Shown: positions 26,001 to 38,328 of the stretch, one piece after another
Layout: every line of letters begins with the position of its first letter
Position numbering within the stretch: position 1 is the stretch's first letter
Assembly (NCBI GenBank): GCA_010093815.1
Contig: ML996580.1
DNA from: Pseudovirgaria hyperparasitica
Taxonomy: Eukaryota
DNA length: 64,000 nt
Reading direction: 5' to 3' (one strand)
The notes under the pieces: generated by a model
What the model was told of the DNA's origin: nothing
What the model saw: the letters and a program-made list of their open reading frames with translations, nothing else
The model's database searches: none
Position numbers and translations under genes: made by a program

Positions 26001-26354
26001 TTTGGACTGCAGCGTCAGGCCACCCATTCCAGAAGTCGTAGCATGCCACAAACGAAAGCAGAAGCTCAAGCAGCACGGGACGTTGCGAGAGATGAACAGT
26101 ACACCCTCGCGCAGACTCCTGTGCAACGTATTGCACCACAGCATAGCCAAAGAAGTAAACAAGAGCCAAGTGAGGAGGATATTGCGGAATATACAGCATT
26201 TCTGGAGGTCGCAGAGAATCCGTTGACGGTGACAGAAGCAGATGGAGATAAGAAGAGGTATAAAGCATATCGACAGTGGCTGAGAGGAAAGAGTTTGTTC
26301 AAGCAAAGCAAAATTGATCCCGAGTGGAAGGATACATTTGGGGTCACAGGATGA
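23049..26354 (+). CDS. FIG4: Sac-domain PI(3,5)P2 5-phosphatase Fig4
   Basis: Intronless 1101 aa; IARRSRFFAGARFLKRG, ANDVETEQI, SYVQHRGSIPLYWSQ, catalytic RTNCIDCLDRTNAAQ, HGDTIAIQYGGS. Confidence 0.95.
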   Translation: MESSKANQPPLLVSNKEVTSSHSAILDPQDRRSTTNGSHPEQHSRPSLEPVSSSRSLHQKPDRDRETKRQSDATSLKIEGDEEEPAEPQSFQRSSSPAALNRNKGATYENVRDGGINKMQRFSLYETSSRFYLVGGDVMDKHFRVLKVDRTAPPGQLQITEDDIVYDKREMNQLLNAIDDGNKGSGGLKLKCSSWGILGFIRFTEAYYMLLITKRTQVAIIGGHYIYRVDGTDLVPLTTGSTSRFQSNRNPEEARFLGILNNLDLTKGFYFSYSYNITRTLQDNIMRERNAIKDGKRRAKRDFNDMFVWNNYLLAPAFGAVKNLYDWCFPITHGFVDQSSLDVFGRRIHITIIARRSRFFAGARFLKRGANDLGYVANDVETEQIISEVLTTSFHAPGPRLYANPTYTSYVQHRGSIPLYWSQDNTGVTPKPDITLNMIDPFYSAAALHFDNLFERYGAPVYALNLIKARERTPRESKLLYEYQNAIAYLNQTLPEDKKIMYEAFDMSRASKTRGQDVIGTLEILAERVLDKTGFFHNGDNDLHTSKIQNGVARTNCIDCLDRTNAAQFVIGKRALGRQLQALGVISGSTVEYDSDCVNIFTHMFHDHGDTIAIQYGGSHLVNTMATYRKLNHWQSHSRDLVESFKRYYHNSFLDSQRQEAYNLFLGHYIFSQGQPFLWDLTTDYYLHHTHPRSWSNKRRSYIQWYTPGYLEPRTMPEIEGPAPKYHDKNLSFFDDYWMEYYRPLAISSFLKIFQFRMNSTINYLPEKIDGQYDLSPFHPRKLPPGETSREREKKVRKGVTIVDPNSDPEKRTSTLPYSPRYQPSPVKQTSILRSESGTYGLPLLTTSWPNTGTSTSGSVPSARNSLLLADKNAMSQWTLNQLMHHSLHPSVTPAEEEEYEHYVSHPLNLPLVTSYPTPDDYATNQDFVDYVTSYLPTSETYQPQSSEIPYTELQSVFGLEDIVEGVQSHTHSRSVFPTTSEHDFGLQRQATHSRSRSMPQTKAEAQAARDVARDEQYTLAQTPVQRIAPQHSQRSKQEPSEEDIAEYTAFLEVAENPLTVTEADGDKKRYKAYRQWLRGKSLFKQSKIDPEWKDTFGVTG

Positions 26355-26419
26355 AATATTATCAGTCATCCTTGATGCAGGTAGCTCATATTCAGAACAA
26401 AAGCAGACTACGCTCAGCC

Positions 26420-28177
26420 TCACGTGGCTAGCAGCTTCCTCAACGTTGAGAACATGGGCGTTCCCAGTCCTGTTGCCGGATCCCAGCCCTCCAGCGCCGC
26501 GTAGCCCCCTTCAATGAAGTCGCCATCTGAACATCCTACGGCGGATCCCTCCTTGACATCTGTCCATCCTGCTCTACCCTTCCCGTACAGCAGGGGATTC
26601 AAGAATCCTAAGGTAGGCATCCCATTCCTCGTCCGCAAATCATTCAGTAAGGCTACCACAGCGGTCACAACAGGCGTACTTGCACTAGTCCCAGCTTGCT
26701 CACTTTTCATACCCTTAGCAACAATTACATAACGTTCTCCCATAGCACTCACATCTGGAATACCACGTCCAGACGAATTGTAGAACCCCTTATGCTTATC
26801 TCCTAATTTGCTCTGATACGTGGCCACAGCATCACGCTGCCAATCCGGCACGCCAAAGTAGTTGCTGAACCCGCCACTGCTGAAGGCCGCAGGCTCCTCG
26901 TTCGCCGGTGATCGGAGCCCCTGCGTAGCCCCGACAGACGTGACCCATTCGCACGAGCTCGGAAAAGTTGGCTTGAAACCCCGAGACCTGCCGTTGGGCC
27001 CTATGCAGGTGCCTTTTCCAGCAGACCCCATGGCACCGCCGTCTCCCGATGCGACAAGGACTGAGACGCCGCGCATAGCGAGCTGCGCGAATTTCAAACA
27101 GACTTTGTTTGCATAGGGCAGCGGAACGGTCTCTTCATTATCTGCGTACGAGATACTGATCACGCTGGGAGGGTGCTCTTCAGCGAGGATGGCGTCAAGA
27201 AATTCGAGATATGGTTCATTTCCACTTGCTGTGGTGTTGACGGTCATATTGTCGGGCTGGGATTGCGTGGGCGGACGACCGGCTGTCGAGTAGAAGGTGA
27301 TCGGGAGAGTAGACGTGAAGGCCATGACATAGCCCAGATCCAGCATTGCTTCGACGCCGGCTTCCGAGGGCTCTTGAGAGTTGATACCGTTATTGATGAA
27401 CGTCTCGGTGAAGTTGTAGGATGTGGAGTGGTTCTGGAGACCGAATTGAGTGAGAAAGGAGGTAAGGTCGGCGTGGTTCCCGTATTGCTCCAGGAACGAC
27501 GCTATCCCGACCCGGACGGACGAGCCGGAGGGGGGCGAGTAGTTGATTTGATAGGCGTCTGCTATTGTCTTGGGGCAGATTGAATTCGAACAGTTCAGAT
27601 CTTCACTGCGCACCCCCTGCCGCTTTGCGAGAGAGGAAGACTCATATGATGAGCGTGGCTGCTTGGGGGTGAGGAAGTGAATGGTTGGATAGACGAAGTC
27701 GATATCATTCTGAAGGCCTCCTGGGATGCTATATGATTTTGTCCGAATGACAGGTGTAGAGTCTAGGTGTTGATACCAGGAGAACTCCGCATTGAGCAGC
27801 TGAGAAGCTTTTCCAACCGTTGTTGAGATCTTGATCTTGTCGCCTATGCGATGGGCATCGATAAGGTTGTGAGATAGCCACTGTTCAATTCTTTGGGCAG
27901 ATGTGTCCAAATTGGGGAGAGCAGCTTGGAGCTCAGGACTGCTGAGATATCGAGCGTATGATGGTGAATCAGGGTTGCTGATCTCTCGAGCTCTGTCTAG
28001 ATAATTCTGATGCTGTGGTCGTATGGAGATGAATAGCGTGATATGTTCCTCCGGCGTCGCCACGGATCTTTGTGTCCATCCTTCAGGCGGATATCCATAT
28101 TCTTCGTGAACTACATGACGGCCTGCGGTATTAAATGCTGCCAGAGCTCCTGTAATGAAACCAAATAAGAGGTGCAT
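26420..28177 (-). CDS. secreted S53 sedolisin / tripeptidyl-peptidase
   Basis: Signal peptide and prodomain; catalytic EAMLD, ISISYADNE, ASGDGG, GRGIPDVSA, GTSASTP, GWDPATGLGTP. Confidence 0.92.
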   Translation of the reverse strand: MHLLFGFITGALAAFNTAGRHVVHEEYGYPPEGWTQRSVATPEEHITLFISIRPQHQNYLDRAREISNPDSPSYARYLSSPELQAALPNLDTSAQRIEQWLSHNLIDAHRIGDKIKISTTVGKASQLLNAEFSWYQHLDSTPVIRTKSYSIPGGLQNDIDFVYPTIHFLTPKQPRSSYESSSLAKRQGVRSEDLNCSNSICPKTIADAYQINYSPPSGSSVRVGIASFLEQYGNHADLTSFLTQFGLQNHSTSYNFTETFINNGINSQEPSEAGVEAMLDLGYVMAFTSTLPITFYSTAGRPPTQSQPDNMTVNTTASGNEPYLEFLDAILAEEHPPSVISISYADNEETVPLPYANKVCLKFAQLAMRGVSVLVASGDGGAMGSAGKGTCIGPNGRSRGFKPTFPSSCEWVTSVGATQGLRSPANEEPAAFSSGGFSNYFGVPDWQRDAVATYQSKLGDKHKGFYNSSGRGIPDVSAMGERYVIVAKGMKSEQAGTSASTPVVTAVVALLNDLRTRNGMPTLGFLNPLLYGKGRAGWTDVKEGSAVGCSDGDFIEGGYAALEGWDPATGLGTPMFSTLRKLLAT

Positions 28178-29752
28178 ATTGAGTGGCTGATGGAATTGAT
28201 AGAGGCGACTGGGAGAGAACGTATGTACATGAAAGATGAGAAATAGGACTTAGCAAGTGACGCCTAAAAATGGGTTCAGCATGAACAGAGCGAGAAATTG
28301 ACGCGGTCGATCCTTTCATCATTCCCAGTACACCTACATGCTTGTCCAGGGATGTCGTCGGATCGTACCTTGGAGCAAGCTTCTGTCGAAAACTAGCCCC
28401 TTCACCACCCTGTCACGCGATGCGTAGATATCTCGCCTCGCGATTCGCTGATAGAATGAAATAAATGCAAAGCGTAGACATCTATTCGCAAATAGAAGAA
28501 CAGATGTCACTAGCCGCCTTAACGGGTTTTCTATAGTCTGCCCATCAGTAACGAAGCATATTCTCGTCTGTGCTATCGGACCGTTGTAGTCAAAACTCAT
28601 ACGCACAGTCTCGCTTCTGTACCCTGCACAGAGACCTGTGCTTGCTTTGTGCATGTCTACAATGTATGTATGACATACCCCCGGATCTGCCTAAGAAACA
28701 CCGCTGTTTTCCATTCATAGCAGTAGTCGCGGGAGCTATAATGAATTCAGACCCAGACTTAAGTCTACGCACATCGTTCATATTTCCGTTCGTTATAGTT
28801 CAAGCCCATCATTATGGTTAGAATTTGGAATCGGGTGTATGGAGAGGCGGAGCGTATTCATAACCGGCTATTCTCGATAACCACGTTCCTTTAGAATCGA
28901 AGATTAAGAATGGGCTGTTGTGGGAGGCTTGAACTCGGTGCGCAGCTCTAAGTCAGGCTATAATTAGACGCTAAATACCTGGCTGTCACTTAGGGTGTGC
29001 CATAGCACGCACCTTGCTTTGTTTGAGAATACAATCATCGTCCGCCCGTCACTATATGAGCTGACATAAATAGACCTTGGATACTGGAGCGCTACATCAA
29101 ATAGTATTCGTGCATTCGTACATGCCGATATGCTGAGAGTATTGGAGAGACTCTCTGCTAACGCCTCAATATCTTCCTTGATAATGCAGCCATTATCCAG
29201 TCCAGAAGTGATAACTGTGAGGTATTGACCTGTAGTTTTTAGCGTCCATATGAGCATTGTTCTGCGAAACTACGAAGAGGGCATTTCATGGTCTTTTTGG
29301 ATGCCAAGTAAGTGCAGATTCTAACGGAACTATGGTCGAGTAGAGAATGTTGTCTGGGCCGGTGCCGTTCTCATCATGACAAGAGAATGAGTCGGGATAG
29401 TGAGCCTCCCTTTGACGATGGCAGACTGTCAAACGTTCAAGTGTATTCGTGGTGTTGTAAGTATAAGAAGAGAACAAAATTTAAACTCAAGTCCAGCTGT
29501 GGCGCTAGGCCAGGTACGGTGATGTCAAAAGCACGTGCCCCTTAATTTAGTTTCCGACGTCCTCCGTGAATGCGAACCTCTGTCTTTGCAACTCTCGTTG
29601 CCTCCACCACTACCCTTAATTGATCTCTGCGCCTCGACATTCACGACAACCACTCTGCCTAGTTGCTCTCGACCAGCCACGTCTTTTGTTCCTCGAACAC
29701 AATATCGCTCCTCTCAGACTCGACGGCGCAGGCCTGCGCACCCCTCACAGCC

Positions 29753-30813
29753 ATGATCTCTCTTCCCGAGATGCCCCGTCCAAAGGTACCAAGGACCTGC
29801 GCAAAACAAGACGAGATTCATACTGACATATTTCCCAGACCTTCCTTCATATCATGTCATTGCGCTCCGGCGCTGAGCTCATAACCCTCACCATTCTCAT
29901 CAACAAGGTGTCTGGATTCTACGGTCTCCTCGCCATTTTGACCGGCCTGGAGCTTTCTACGACACAGCTTACAATGTACCTTTACTCAGTCGGCGCTCTC
30001 ATCCTGACGATATACCTCTTCCCATTCATTCGCACAGGAAGCCCACTTCAGTGTATGGCTCTAGCATACTTCTATGTCATCGACAGCATCATCAATGCCG
30101 CATACACGGTCGCATTTGGCGTCGCATGGTTTCTGGTGCTGGCAAATCACCCGGAAGACTCCGCGGGCAAAGCTCCGGGAAGCGGCACGATAGACAAAAC
30201 TGCAGGATTCACCAGTCCAGGCCCGGAAATCAACGCCAGCGAGGTAGATGTTGTACCAGTGCCGAAGCCAGGCATGCAGCCGGGGGTAGATGCTGCGACT
30301 TTTGCTCATGGAGTGACGGACGCACCCGCTGGACTTGGCAATGCGGTGTTTCAAAGCGGGAGCATCATGTCTGTGTCTGCGATTGCATTTCTCTGGGCAA
30401 TCCGCATCTACTTTATTGTTATCATGCTCGCATATGCTCGTACTGTCCTTCGCCAACATATCGCCACCACCTCATCTACTTCTTCCTGGGGTAGTGCTGG
30501 CACTGGTACGGACTCATCAAAGGGCACAATGGCTGAAAATCCATTCGAAGATCATCGTGAAGAAGGTCTAGGTTGGAAGGGCAAACTGGGCCGCGCGATG
30601 CTCAGAGCGGGCCCCAAGTACTGGCTTGGTGCCGCGGAGGACGAGCAGTGGACCAAGAGCGTCAGCACGAGATTCAACCGGAAGCATAACAACAACAACC
30701 TTAGCGTAGACACAAACGCTACAGGAGAAAGAGAGCGAAGGCGAAGGAGTGGAACTGGACCTCCTGCACCACCACCAATGCCACCTTTTGTGAATAACAC
30801 TGAGACAAGATAA
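29753..30813 (+). CDS. KEI1: IPC synthase regulatory subunit Kei1 (DUF1753)
   Basis: MISLPEMPRPK; intron 29786-29838; TFLHIMSLRSGAELI..INKVSGFYGLLAILTG, YVIDSIINAAYT, IRIYFIVIMLAYAR, WKGKLGRAML. Confidence 0.85.
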
Positions 30814-31481
30814 GCACAGTCGAGGAGAAGTTCGATGGAAAGGGATTTATGGAAAGAAATAATAGCGAATGCAAGGTATTCATCGAATGCCGGCGTTCGT
30901 GCATCCACCGCTCGCTGCATGCAGAATAGGGTTTTGGACATCACCGACGGCGTTTGAAGGGCTTTCGCATGTACGGTTGCATTGGATTGACGACATGATC
31001 GTAACAGCATTCAGACTTCCAGAGAATTGTTCTGAGAGCATTTGTACCAGCCGAGCGACTATCAACTTCAGATTCAAATTAGCATTTGTTCTCCGCGTAC
31101 TTAATTGAATCGTGCTTATGTCTTCGGATTATGTTGAATACGATAATTCGGTGTCACGCACCACCATAGAGTAGCATTGTAGTGAATGAATCAGCCATGG
31201 ATCACTATCTGATCTAACATCTAATGTGCTCTGGAGAATAGACCGAAGTCGGTATATTCACCTCAAATACACGTTTTGCCGCAGCTCCTACCCCAATAAG
31301 ACCAAACGACTACCCCCTCAAGATCATGACTGCCAACGGTTGACCCTTCTCTCCCGTCTTTCTTAATCTACCTGATTCCATGGCCCTGTCAGCACATCGT
31401 CATGATTAGGTCCCCTCCCCCAAAACCCATCTCTTTCCCAGACCCAAACCACATACACTATCCACTCTGATCATCTCTGCA

Positions 31482-32321
31482 ATGCCGGCTGAGTCTAACG
31501 GCAGCTCAGGTCCGCCACGATCCTCCATTTTTCGTAAGATGCTGCTGATCCGTCTCGTTCACTAGTGTTTTATCCAGTCTGCTGATGGCCTGTTCGCAGT
31601 CACACCCCCAAAAAGGCGTGTAGTGTTGGGAGACATCACTGCCCGGATACTAGCACACGAGGCGTCGCTGGACAATGCTGAGGCAGGCCAAGCCGAGACG
31701 ACAGGCAATAACAACTCGGACAATGTTACCACAGGCACGCTCGCGACAGATATCACTCCTACAGGTACCCCACTGACGTCCAATGCTTCAATAACCAATC
31801 CCGCCGCGACAATCCACACTACACCACGCGGCTCAGCATCCAGTTACTTAGCTGAAGCAAGCGGGACCCCCCAGGAGCGTCCTCAACCCAGCCCGATTCT
31901 AACTGGTAAGCAAAGACCAATACATTCCACTATATCATACCAATCCGCTCGTAGTTTGTGAAACGAAGCACTGTCGACTTGACAACGCCGCACCAATCAA
32001 CCTAGAGACGTTGTTTTACGCGTATGGAGCTGATCTCCTCTCCTCAATCATTCGAAGAAGCGAAGCAAGCTAATGACCCATTATTCTTGTTCAGATGCCG
32101 CAAGAGTCCCTCCATGGCAGCTCGGCATGAGAGAAGGCGACTTGAGAGCGACGCCTCCGTCAAGAGCAGGCGGAAGCCGAGCCATTGACCCTTCGCGAGA
32201 CGATGCGTACTGGGAGAAGCTGAGCGAAATGGTGTGCTTGTGTCGTCGCGCATATCGGAAGATTTTATTGTCGCTGATTCGAGTATAGGGCCTCGATAAG
32301 GATACCAAAAGGCGTAAATGA
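31482..32321 (+). CDS. hypothetical low-complexity protein with D-box-like and CDK-site motifs (orphan, spliced)
   Basis: ATG 31482; introns 31534-31599 (GTAAGA..CTGAT..CAG), 31906-32094 (GTAAGC..CTAAT..CAG) and 32232-32288 (GTGTGC..CTGAT..TAG) give a continuous frame to TGA 32321. No family recognised. Confidence 0.55.
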
Positions 32322-33025
32322 GAAATAGACCTCCTTCGTGTACGTCTGTACGAGTCAGTCCCAGGGGATCTCGACTACCGCCTGTGTGGTCTCATGTCGG
32401 AAGAGAGAGCTGATGGGATTTTGTTATCGTTGCCGTATGCTGTTTATTCGTACTTGCTCGCTAGGTTATCAATCATTGTGAAGGATTGAAGAGTCACTTG
32501 TTTTCACTTACTCATGCGGTTCAATCAGAAAGATGCAGGGTCTCAGAGTAACTATTAGGACGAAAAATCGATACACACAGTCATGTTTGTTGAAGTGCTA
32601 TATGCAGTTCCATAGTCTTTGAGCGCGTCCAAATATTGCTTAGGTTGTTTTTTCACAAAGCCGTCTGAAGTAGCGCATAGGTCATTGCCATCTGAGATAG
32701 GGAAAGATATACACAAGATTGTGAGAGGAGCAACGCAAATGCCAAATCCGACCATGCTTCCGTCATCAGTCATGCCGGAAGTAAGGGACTACCACCAAAA
32801 CGCCATAAAATGCGATATCGAAGCAAGAACCAGAGGGGTCTGAAGACCAAAGGGAAGAGAAGAGATGGCAGGGCTCGACGTCGTACTATATACACAACAC
32901 CCTTTGGGAAGACCGCGAACGGGTTGGTGGAGGATTTGCACAGAACGCCGACAGATGCTGATTGGAACAAAGGAAATTCTGGGAAAGAGTAGTGAGTCGT
33001 TGCTGTAAGATAGGCGACATTACGA

Positions 33026-35645
33026 TCAGAGATCGTCGTCCATGTCGATGGCGTCGGGGTTTGCCGGGACAGCTTGATCGATAGTCGCGGACGCGGGCTT
33101 GTTGATTTGGCTGCCTTCTGGCCCGGTGCTTGCGGCGACGAAGCCTACCGGTGCGCGGGCTTGTCTGTCGAGAGCAGCCATAGCATCGAGGCGGTCATTT
33201 GTGTCCGCGTCACCATTGGTGTCGGGCTGTGCCTGGCCACGTGCGATTGCTTGCGAGGCGATGAATGAAACATCAGTGCTGTCACAATGTTACCGAGAGC
33301 CCGAGCATGAAATGGATAAGGGAAGGGACATACTTGTACTGAGCCTGTACGCTACGTTTGATGCGAAGCATCTCCTTGAACGTGTCTTCGTTGCCGTGCT
33401 GCACCTCGAAGCTCTCCCAGGTCTTCCAAAAGCCAGGTTCAGTACGCGGATCACAAAATTGACTAGCGTGGCCATAAATTGCTCTTGCGCGATCGATTTC
33501 ACCCAGCCGCCTCTCCATTTCGGCAAATTTGAGGCACATGTCTTTGGCTTCGGAGTCAGGTAGTGCGGCGATAGCACGCTCATAGATGGGTCGTGTTGAC
33601 GTGAGGCCGAAGTTGGACGCCGACTTAGTAATGTAGAAGTTGAACATCTCAAGCTTGTCTTCGTCCGAGACGGCACGGGTGGCACGTTCGTAGATGCGCA
33701 TGGCGTGTCGGGCGAGGCCACGTTCTTCTTCGAGAGCGCCATACATGAGATACAGGACACGAGCGAACTTCGGGGGGCAGTCTTCTACAGCTTGTTCAAA
33801 CAGGTCTCGGAGACGCTCCATGCTGATCTTGCGGTCGACAGCCTTGGTAAGGTAAAGATTCCATAGTTCGAAAGCGACAGGGTAGCTGAACAGGTCTAGA
33901 CCGCGCTCATAGATCTTGAACGAGTCTTCAAAGTACTGATTTTCTTCGAGTAGATTAGCGTAATTGACAACGGTTTGAGGCGTAGCTATCCGGAGTTCGA
34001 ATATTCGTTCATAGACTTTCTTGGTTTCTTCAAGGGTGCTGACACTCTCAACAAGGTCGACATAAAAGGACCAGAGTTTCCAGCTCTTGTGCACACGCTG
34101 CTGTGGGGACAGCGTTTCGTCGAAGTAATCAACATTGGAGCGCTTGGGTGCTTGTGTAGCTTTTGCCATGATTTCCATAGCTTTGTCGAAATTTTCGTTG
34201 CGTAGTTCCATTTCAGCCCACTCGCACCACATCTCTGCGAGTTCAGCAACAGACTTGTAAGGCACCTTGACAGCCTTTTCCATAATGACTCGGGCATTTG
34301 ATAGATCTCCTCCGGATTCATAGAATTTAGCATAATTAGCCCATAAGTCATGGTACTTTCCCACGGCCTTCTTCGGATTGATGACCGCAATGGCATTGGT
34401 GTAAGTCTGCACTACCTCTTTCTTGTTATCACCCCACAACGCAACGCGTTTCTCCCATTCCGGCACGTTATTTGGGTTCTGTCGCAAGAGAACGTCATTC
34501 ACAAGAAATGGGCGTCGATCCATTAATTGTTCAAAACGCATCATGCGAATGTCCAAATCGAGGTCGGCATCCTCGTTTATTCTGCCTTTGTCTGATCGTA
34601 CGGCAGCCTCGTCCATTTTGATACCGATTAAAGCTTCTTCAGCTTCCGCGTAGGTATCGAAGATGATAGAAAAGTCTCGTACAGTCATGACAGTCGTAAT
34701 ACCTTCCTCGAATATATCGCGCGCGCGTTCATATTCGCCCTTGTTGATCCAGTACCGTGCCAGGCCGACCCAAAGAATACCCCTTTGGTCGGAAAACTTG
34801 AGAATCCCACTTCTGATAATTTTTTCGACGTTGATACCGCTGCCGTCTCCTGTTTCGATCTCCTTTGCATGATCGATGATGAGTTCCAGCATCTCTGTCC
34901 AGAATTGGAAAGGACCTTTCGCTTCCTTGCTCTTGAATCGGGGGTTGTTCAGGATGTCCATATATTTTCTAACAGCTTCTGTATATTTGTGCATGTCAAC
35001 CAGAAGCTCAATATAGTCTTCCGTGTGTTCCGGGTGTATCTGAATGTACCGTCGCCATATCTTGACCGCCGTCTCCCCGGACGCGGAGTTCGCGAAAGGC
35101 CGGTACAACGCCCATATGCGGCTGTGCTGAGTGATAGGTAGTGCTCGTAGTGCACGGTCAAACGTCCTTCGCGTTGATGTAATGATAGGTTGCTGCATTA
35201 AGAATGTGAGGTACATCTCCCATATTCTTGGCATCTTATTGAGCAGGACCAGCGCGCGCTCGAACAACGAATTGACCTTGGCATACTGAGGCATGAACTT
35301 CGCTGGATTTTTGCCTTCCAGGTGTCTTGTCCGGAGCTCCAGGTACATCTTCCACAGCTTATACGACCGAGGAAGTGTAGTGCAAGCCCGTTCGAGTACG
35401 AAGGCCCGCTCTATCAAACTTCCATGCTGTTTCTTGTAGGCCACGTAGTCCAACCATGGCTTGATACTGCCTGGATTGCGTAGCAGCTCTTGCTCATAAA
35501 CCACATCATTCTCGGAAATGAGATAGAGTTCCGACGACATCTTAGAGACGCGCTTCACGGCCAGCGCAGGTCCCGAAGGGCTTCTAGTCGAGGTGATGGA
35601 ATGAGAGGTTGCAGCTGGCATCTCCCTGATGAGCTCGCCGGGCAT
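33026..35645 (-). CDS. SYF1: pre-mRNA splicing factor Syf1 (HAT/TPR repeats)
   Basis: DVVYEQELLRNPGSIKPWLDY, LPRSYKLWKMYL, DVLLRQNPNNV, HKSWKLWSFYVDL, HGNEDTFKEMLRIKRSVQAQY; terminal exon ends NPDAIDMDDDL*. Exact start ATG uncertain (35645, 35621 or 35540). Confidence 0.95.
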
Positions 35646-36035
35646 GTTAGCGAAGATGCAGCGCTCCAATGGGCGCAGGAGAAGGTTGAGAGGTCGCCAA
35701 TGTGGATGCGGGCAGAAGGACGTAGGTGAGGTTGGTAGTAGGACGGACTGGCGCAGCAGCGGGTGTTGCGATTTTTGGCGGAGCGCGCTTACGAGACGAG
35801 CTCAATCAATCAGAGCGCTCGGCAACGCTTGCATCTAATAACAGATCCCTGCACTGCAGTCTACCCAGGTAACGCTACGCCATTCGACCCTCTCCGGCGA
35901 CCTTTTGCGTTTACACTGTATTCCGTTTCATTTGCCCGCGATCACAAGAACAACGCATATTAGCAGCCAATCTCGTTCCTTCGTCTTTGTCCGAACCCTT
36001 CTCATTTCGAAACATAAACCAAGACCTCTGTCATC

Positions 36036-37032
36036 ATGTCTGGCAGCGGGGTAAGCTCGTTGATAGCTTTGAAGCTTCTTTGATATATTGATGATATACT
36101 AATGGCTCGAAGCAGGCGAGAGAATCGGTCTTCCCGACCCGACAATCGCTGGGCCTGATGAAGAGCAAGCTTAAGGGCGCTCAGACCGGTCATGACCTGC
36201 TCAAGAGAAAGAGTGAAGCTCTGACAAAGTACGGTCTCCCTATCCTCAACGTGAAGCTTGGAAACAATGTCAACAATAGCATGATAGTATGATCTCGTGT
36301 TAACGCATGATTGCAGGCGTTTTCGTGAAATCACCCGCCGTATCGACGAAGCGAAGCGTAAGATGGGCCGCGTCATGCAAATCGCAGCATTTTCCCTCGC
36401 CGAAGTTACGTACGCCGTGGGAAACTCTTCCCTAGGCTATCAGATTCAAGAGTCTGCAAAACAAGCACGTTTCCGAGTACGGACAAAGCAAGAGAATGTC
36501 TCTGGTGTATTCCTGCCGCAGTTCGAAGTGTTCACAGAGGAGGGTAACAACGACTTCGGTCTGACCGGACTCGGCAAGGGTGGTCAACAGGTACAGCGAT
36601 GTAGGGAGACGTATGCAAGGGCTGTCGAGACATTAGTAGAGCTCGCTAGTTTGCAAACAGCGTTTGTTATTCTTGACGAGGTCATTAAGGTTGTCAACCG
36701 AAGAGTCAACGCTATGTATGCTGATACAGTCTCCGCGACACTGGACATTGCTGATTGACTCTAGTGAGCACGTCATTATTCCTCGCACAGAGAACACGAT
36801 TAAGTACATTAACTCTGAGCTGGACGAGCTGGATAGAGAAGAGTTCTACAGGCTGAAAAAGGTATCTGGCAATAAAAAGCGTAATGCTGCAGCAGAAGAG
36901 CTTGAGCGAGCGGGCAAGAAGAAAGCGGACGATGAAGAAGAGGAAGAGGAGGATGAAAAAGAAGAGGAGGAAGATGTCCCAGAAACGAAAGACATGCTAG
37001 GCGACGAAGACGATCAGGATGTGATTTTCTGA
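36036..37032 (+). CDS. VMA8: V-ATPase V1 subunit D
   Basis: MSGSG/ARESVFPTRQSLGLMKSKLKGAQTGHDLLKRKSEALTK/RFREI..LTGLGKGGQQV..VVNRRVNA/EHVIIPRTENTIKYINSELDELDREEFYRLKK. Confidence 0.95.
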
Positions 37033-37185
37033 TCTGAGGTATGAAAAGCGATATACCTTAACTATTGAGTATTGGGCACGCAGCTTCCCACATACATGTA
37101 TAATACAACGATGCAATGATACCTTTACCAGCGCCGTGCATGATTTAAACCCTTCCAACGCCGTGACTGACCTTGATCGCCCTCT

Positions 37186-37995
37186 CTATTGTCTCTGGAA
37201 AGTGACCTTCATAGGTTTGCCTTCATCACCAAGCTCCATGCCAGCAACTGACTCCTTCGCACTAATGGCACCGTCCTCTGCTTCATACTCCACGAAGGCA
37301 ATACCGGGCCGATAGGGTACAGGCCGTACCTCCTTGAATCCGGCGAATCTGGCGAATATCGCTTCGAGATTCTCGACATCATAGTCGTGCGGCAGGTTTT
37401 GCACGAACAGGATCTTGTTCGGGGGCAGGTATTCATCTGGGATGACGGCAGCTGAAGCTGTCGACTTAAGTTTAGACGTCTTGATCGGTCGCTGGGTAGG
37501 TTCGGAGTCTGGTGCGCCGCGCTTGAGTTTCTGTTGAGTAGTTGCCGCTTCAAGAGCCTGCTTGCGCTCTGCGAAGAAATATTAGCAAAAGGATCTTCTG
37601 ACCGCGATATATAAGACGTACCTTTTTCAGCTAGTCTCCTTCGTCGATGTAACTCCAGCTCTTCAGCATTTCCGTCGCGCTTGACCGTCGCGTCGCTCCG
37701 CGTCCGCGCAAAGTCTACGCTCATCGGTTTGTCCCATAGCTCGAAGCCCTGCAAGTCTTCTACCGCACGCGCGGCGTGCTCAGGCGACTGAAAGACGACG
37801 AAGGCTTGACCTTTAGCTTTCACGTTGGGTTTTGCAATTATCTCTACAACCGGACCGAAGAGTGAGCACAGGTCTTCGAGAGTCGATGTGAGCATGGACA
37901 GGCGCACGCGCTCGTCGAGATTGCGTACGTATATCCTTAGGCATGTTAGTGAGGCTCAGGTAAGGTTCAATGGGTACAGACGTCGTGTTAGCCAT
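37186..37995 (-). CDS. U1A/U2B''-type snRNP protein with two RRMs
   Basis: MANTT/IYVRNLDERV..KAKGQAFVVF..KPMSVDFARTRSD; second RRM PPNKILFVQNLP..FAGFKEVRPVP..IAFVEYE. Confidence 0.88.
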
Positions 37996-38328
37996 GGTTG
38001 ACAGTCTGAGGTGTAGAAGGGCGCGAAGATGTAGGCTGGTGGGTTTGTCGTTTGCGGAGCCGGAGCTGTAGTTGCAGTCGAGCTTGAAGAGCGTCCTTAA
38101 CGAGCTACCTCGTCACCAAGCAACAACGCCCATTTGTAGAATGGATTCCTCTCTGTCCTCAACACGATCTGATTGCACGAAAGCTTATTTCCTGGAGATC
38201 AGCGAATGCCCATGACTTAGTAGAACGAGTCTGATCGTTTGTTACGCGCACATCACCCATCACTTCACAATCTAAACATCAAACATAATTCAGCATCGTT
38301 ATCGGAATATGATTCCTGAAATGAAGCT

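Noticed and set aside
28200..29560. Short ORFs between the S53 peptidase and KEI1 (e.g. 28964-29257)
   Set aside because: No recognisable motifs or consistent splice structure; treated as intergenic/promoter sequence.
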